From Lama guanicoe (taxonomy: Eukaryota), in NCBI GenBank assembly GCA_013239625.1, contig MU053487.1, forward strand, positions 372,001 to 436,000: DNA of 64,000 nucleotides, read 5' to 3'. Shown here piece after piece: positions 62,630 to 64,000 of the stretch; the first letter of the stretch is position 1; every line of letters begins with the position of its first letter. The translations under genes and the position numbers were made by a program. The notes under the pieces are model-generated. The model saw only the letters and a list, made by a program, of their open reading frames with translations. It made no database searches and was not told the origin of the DNA.

Positions 62630-64000
62630 TTCCAGCTTCTGTCTAAGATGAAGAAATTGGAAAAAAAAATCACTCCCACTGTAAACAAGAAAAAGCCAAA
62701 TAATCTACAAAACCATAACTATTCTTGAAGCCATCAGGAAGCTAAAGTTGCAGAATAATCATCTAGCCTGAAAGCTTACGACAGACAAGGAGAGACGGGA
62801 CATAAGCAGTAGGTCGCACATGGCAGAGGACAGAAAGAAGATAAATCCATAGTGGGTAAAAGAAATTCAGCTATGTTCAACTCATTGTTAATAAGCTGAG
62901 CATGGGCTAGCAAGAGAATACAGAATCCTGTTAGCTGCAGACACAAGGAGAGTTCATGCCCACTTGCAGGCTCTTTCTCTACAAACCTCTACTGGACATA
63001 TAATCAAGACAGAGGACAGGGCAGGAGATTAGAGAAAGTCTCTGGTGGTTACAGGTCTCGGAAGAAGGGAGCAGCTGCTTCTGCAGGAAAAGCACAAACC
63101 TTTCCCATTTCCTCGTCCTACAAGAAACAAAAGTTTGAAGCTACTGAGGGAAAGACAAACTGTCACCTTCTAGGACACAGATAAAAACTCACAGCTATTA
63201 AGTAAAGAGAAAAAGGGAAAAAAGCCTTCTACCTCAGGAGTAGGGGCTGGGTTCTAATGATTATAGGTTTCCAGTTGAGAAGAGGCAGAATCTCTGATAG
63301 AGCCTCACCTTCAAGACGCAAGGACAGAGAGCTCCTAAGACTGAAGCTGGACCAGGAAAGCAGAACAGCCCCACTCCCCATAAATCAGCCAGCAGCAAGA
63401 ACAGAGTCAGAAGCAACAGCAGTCCACCACCAGGGAAGGAGGAAATACAGAGAAACCCCTCTAGGAAGTGCAAGGAAAAAGAAGGCCTAAAGCATAGGGT
63501 GGAGCAGCAACACTGAGGACCCAACAATTCCACTGCTAGGTATATACCCAAAGGAATTAAAGCAGGACGCAAACAGACGCTTGTGTGCCAATGTTCATTA
63601 CACATCATTCATTAGAGCCCAAAGGTGGAAAGCTCAAATGTCCATCAACTGTTGAATGAATTAAAAAAAAATGTAGTACATATGCAACCAATCCCATATT
63701 ATTTGGCCATAAATAGTAATGACTGACACATGCTAAAACATGGATGTACCTTGAAAACACTGTAAGTGAAAAAGGCAGTCACAAATGGCCACACGTTGTG
63801 TGATTCAACTTATACGAAGTGTCCATAATAAGTAAATCCACAGAGACAGGAAGGAGATTAGTGGTTGCTTAGGACTAGTGGATGTGGAGGGGTAGGGAGA
63901 TAACAGCTAAAGGACACAGGGTTCTTTGTGAAGTGATGAAAATGTTCTAAAACTATGCTGATGGCTGTGCATACGTACAAATATCCTAAAAATCAATGAG
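62630..64000 (+). mobile_element. Ancient L1M 5'-region relic (about 62630-63517) followed by an L1MB-type 3' region running off the window
   Basis: From about 63518, gacccaacaattccactgctaggtatatacccaaaggaatt...catggatgtaccttgaaaacac...gtgatgaaaatgttctaaaac is a clear L1 3' part; the 5' assignment is weaker. Confidence 0.65.

Noticed and set aside
1..64000. CRISPR array, operon or other prokaryotic system
   Set aside because: No regularly spaced repeat-spacer structure or dense ORFs; the window is a spliced mammalian gene with typical interspersed repeats.

Overview
This window is mammalian genomic DNA lying wholly inside the CLASP2 gene (CLIP-associating protein 2, a TOG-domain microtubule plus-end regulator) on the minus strand. 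The alanine-tRNA-derived Vic-1-like SINEs suggest a camelid. I spliced by hand 11 consecutive GT-AG coding exons (alpha-isoform exons 2-12, 62252 down to 1676). They join in frame and encode most of TOG1, the linker and the first part of TOG2; exon 1 and the 3' part of the gene lie outside the window. The 21-kb intron after exon 7 holds two alternative first coding exons, MAMGD (gamma-type, 40797-40812) and MRRLICKRICD (beta-type, 25451-25484), and all three N-termini splice in phase 1 onto one acceptor at 25057. The rest is intron rich in transposon relics: a 2.5-kb 5'-truncated L1 with a TSD, short L1 tails, five SINEs, MER2/MER8/MER58/MER5A/MER102-type DNA elements, ERVL/MaLR LTRs, L2 and MIR. 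Repeat family names are from recall of consensus sequences, not a database search. I found no convincing new biological system. The best leads are small: tandem splice sites on both ends of exon 9, uORF and start-codon features of the alternative first exons, sense-strand L1 polyA signals placed between the promoters, a poly(A)-only insertion, and two hAT elements sharing one target site.
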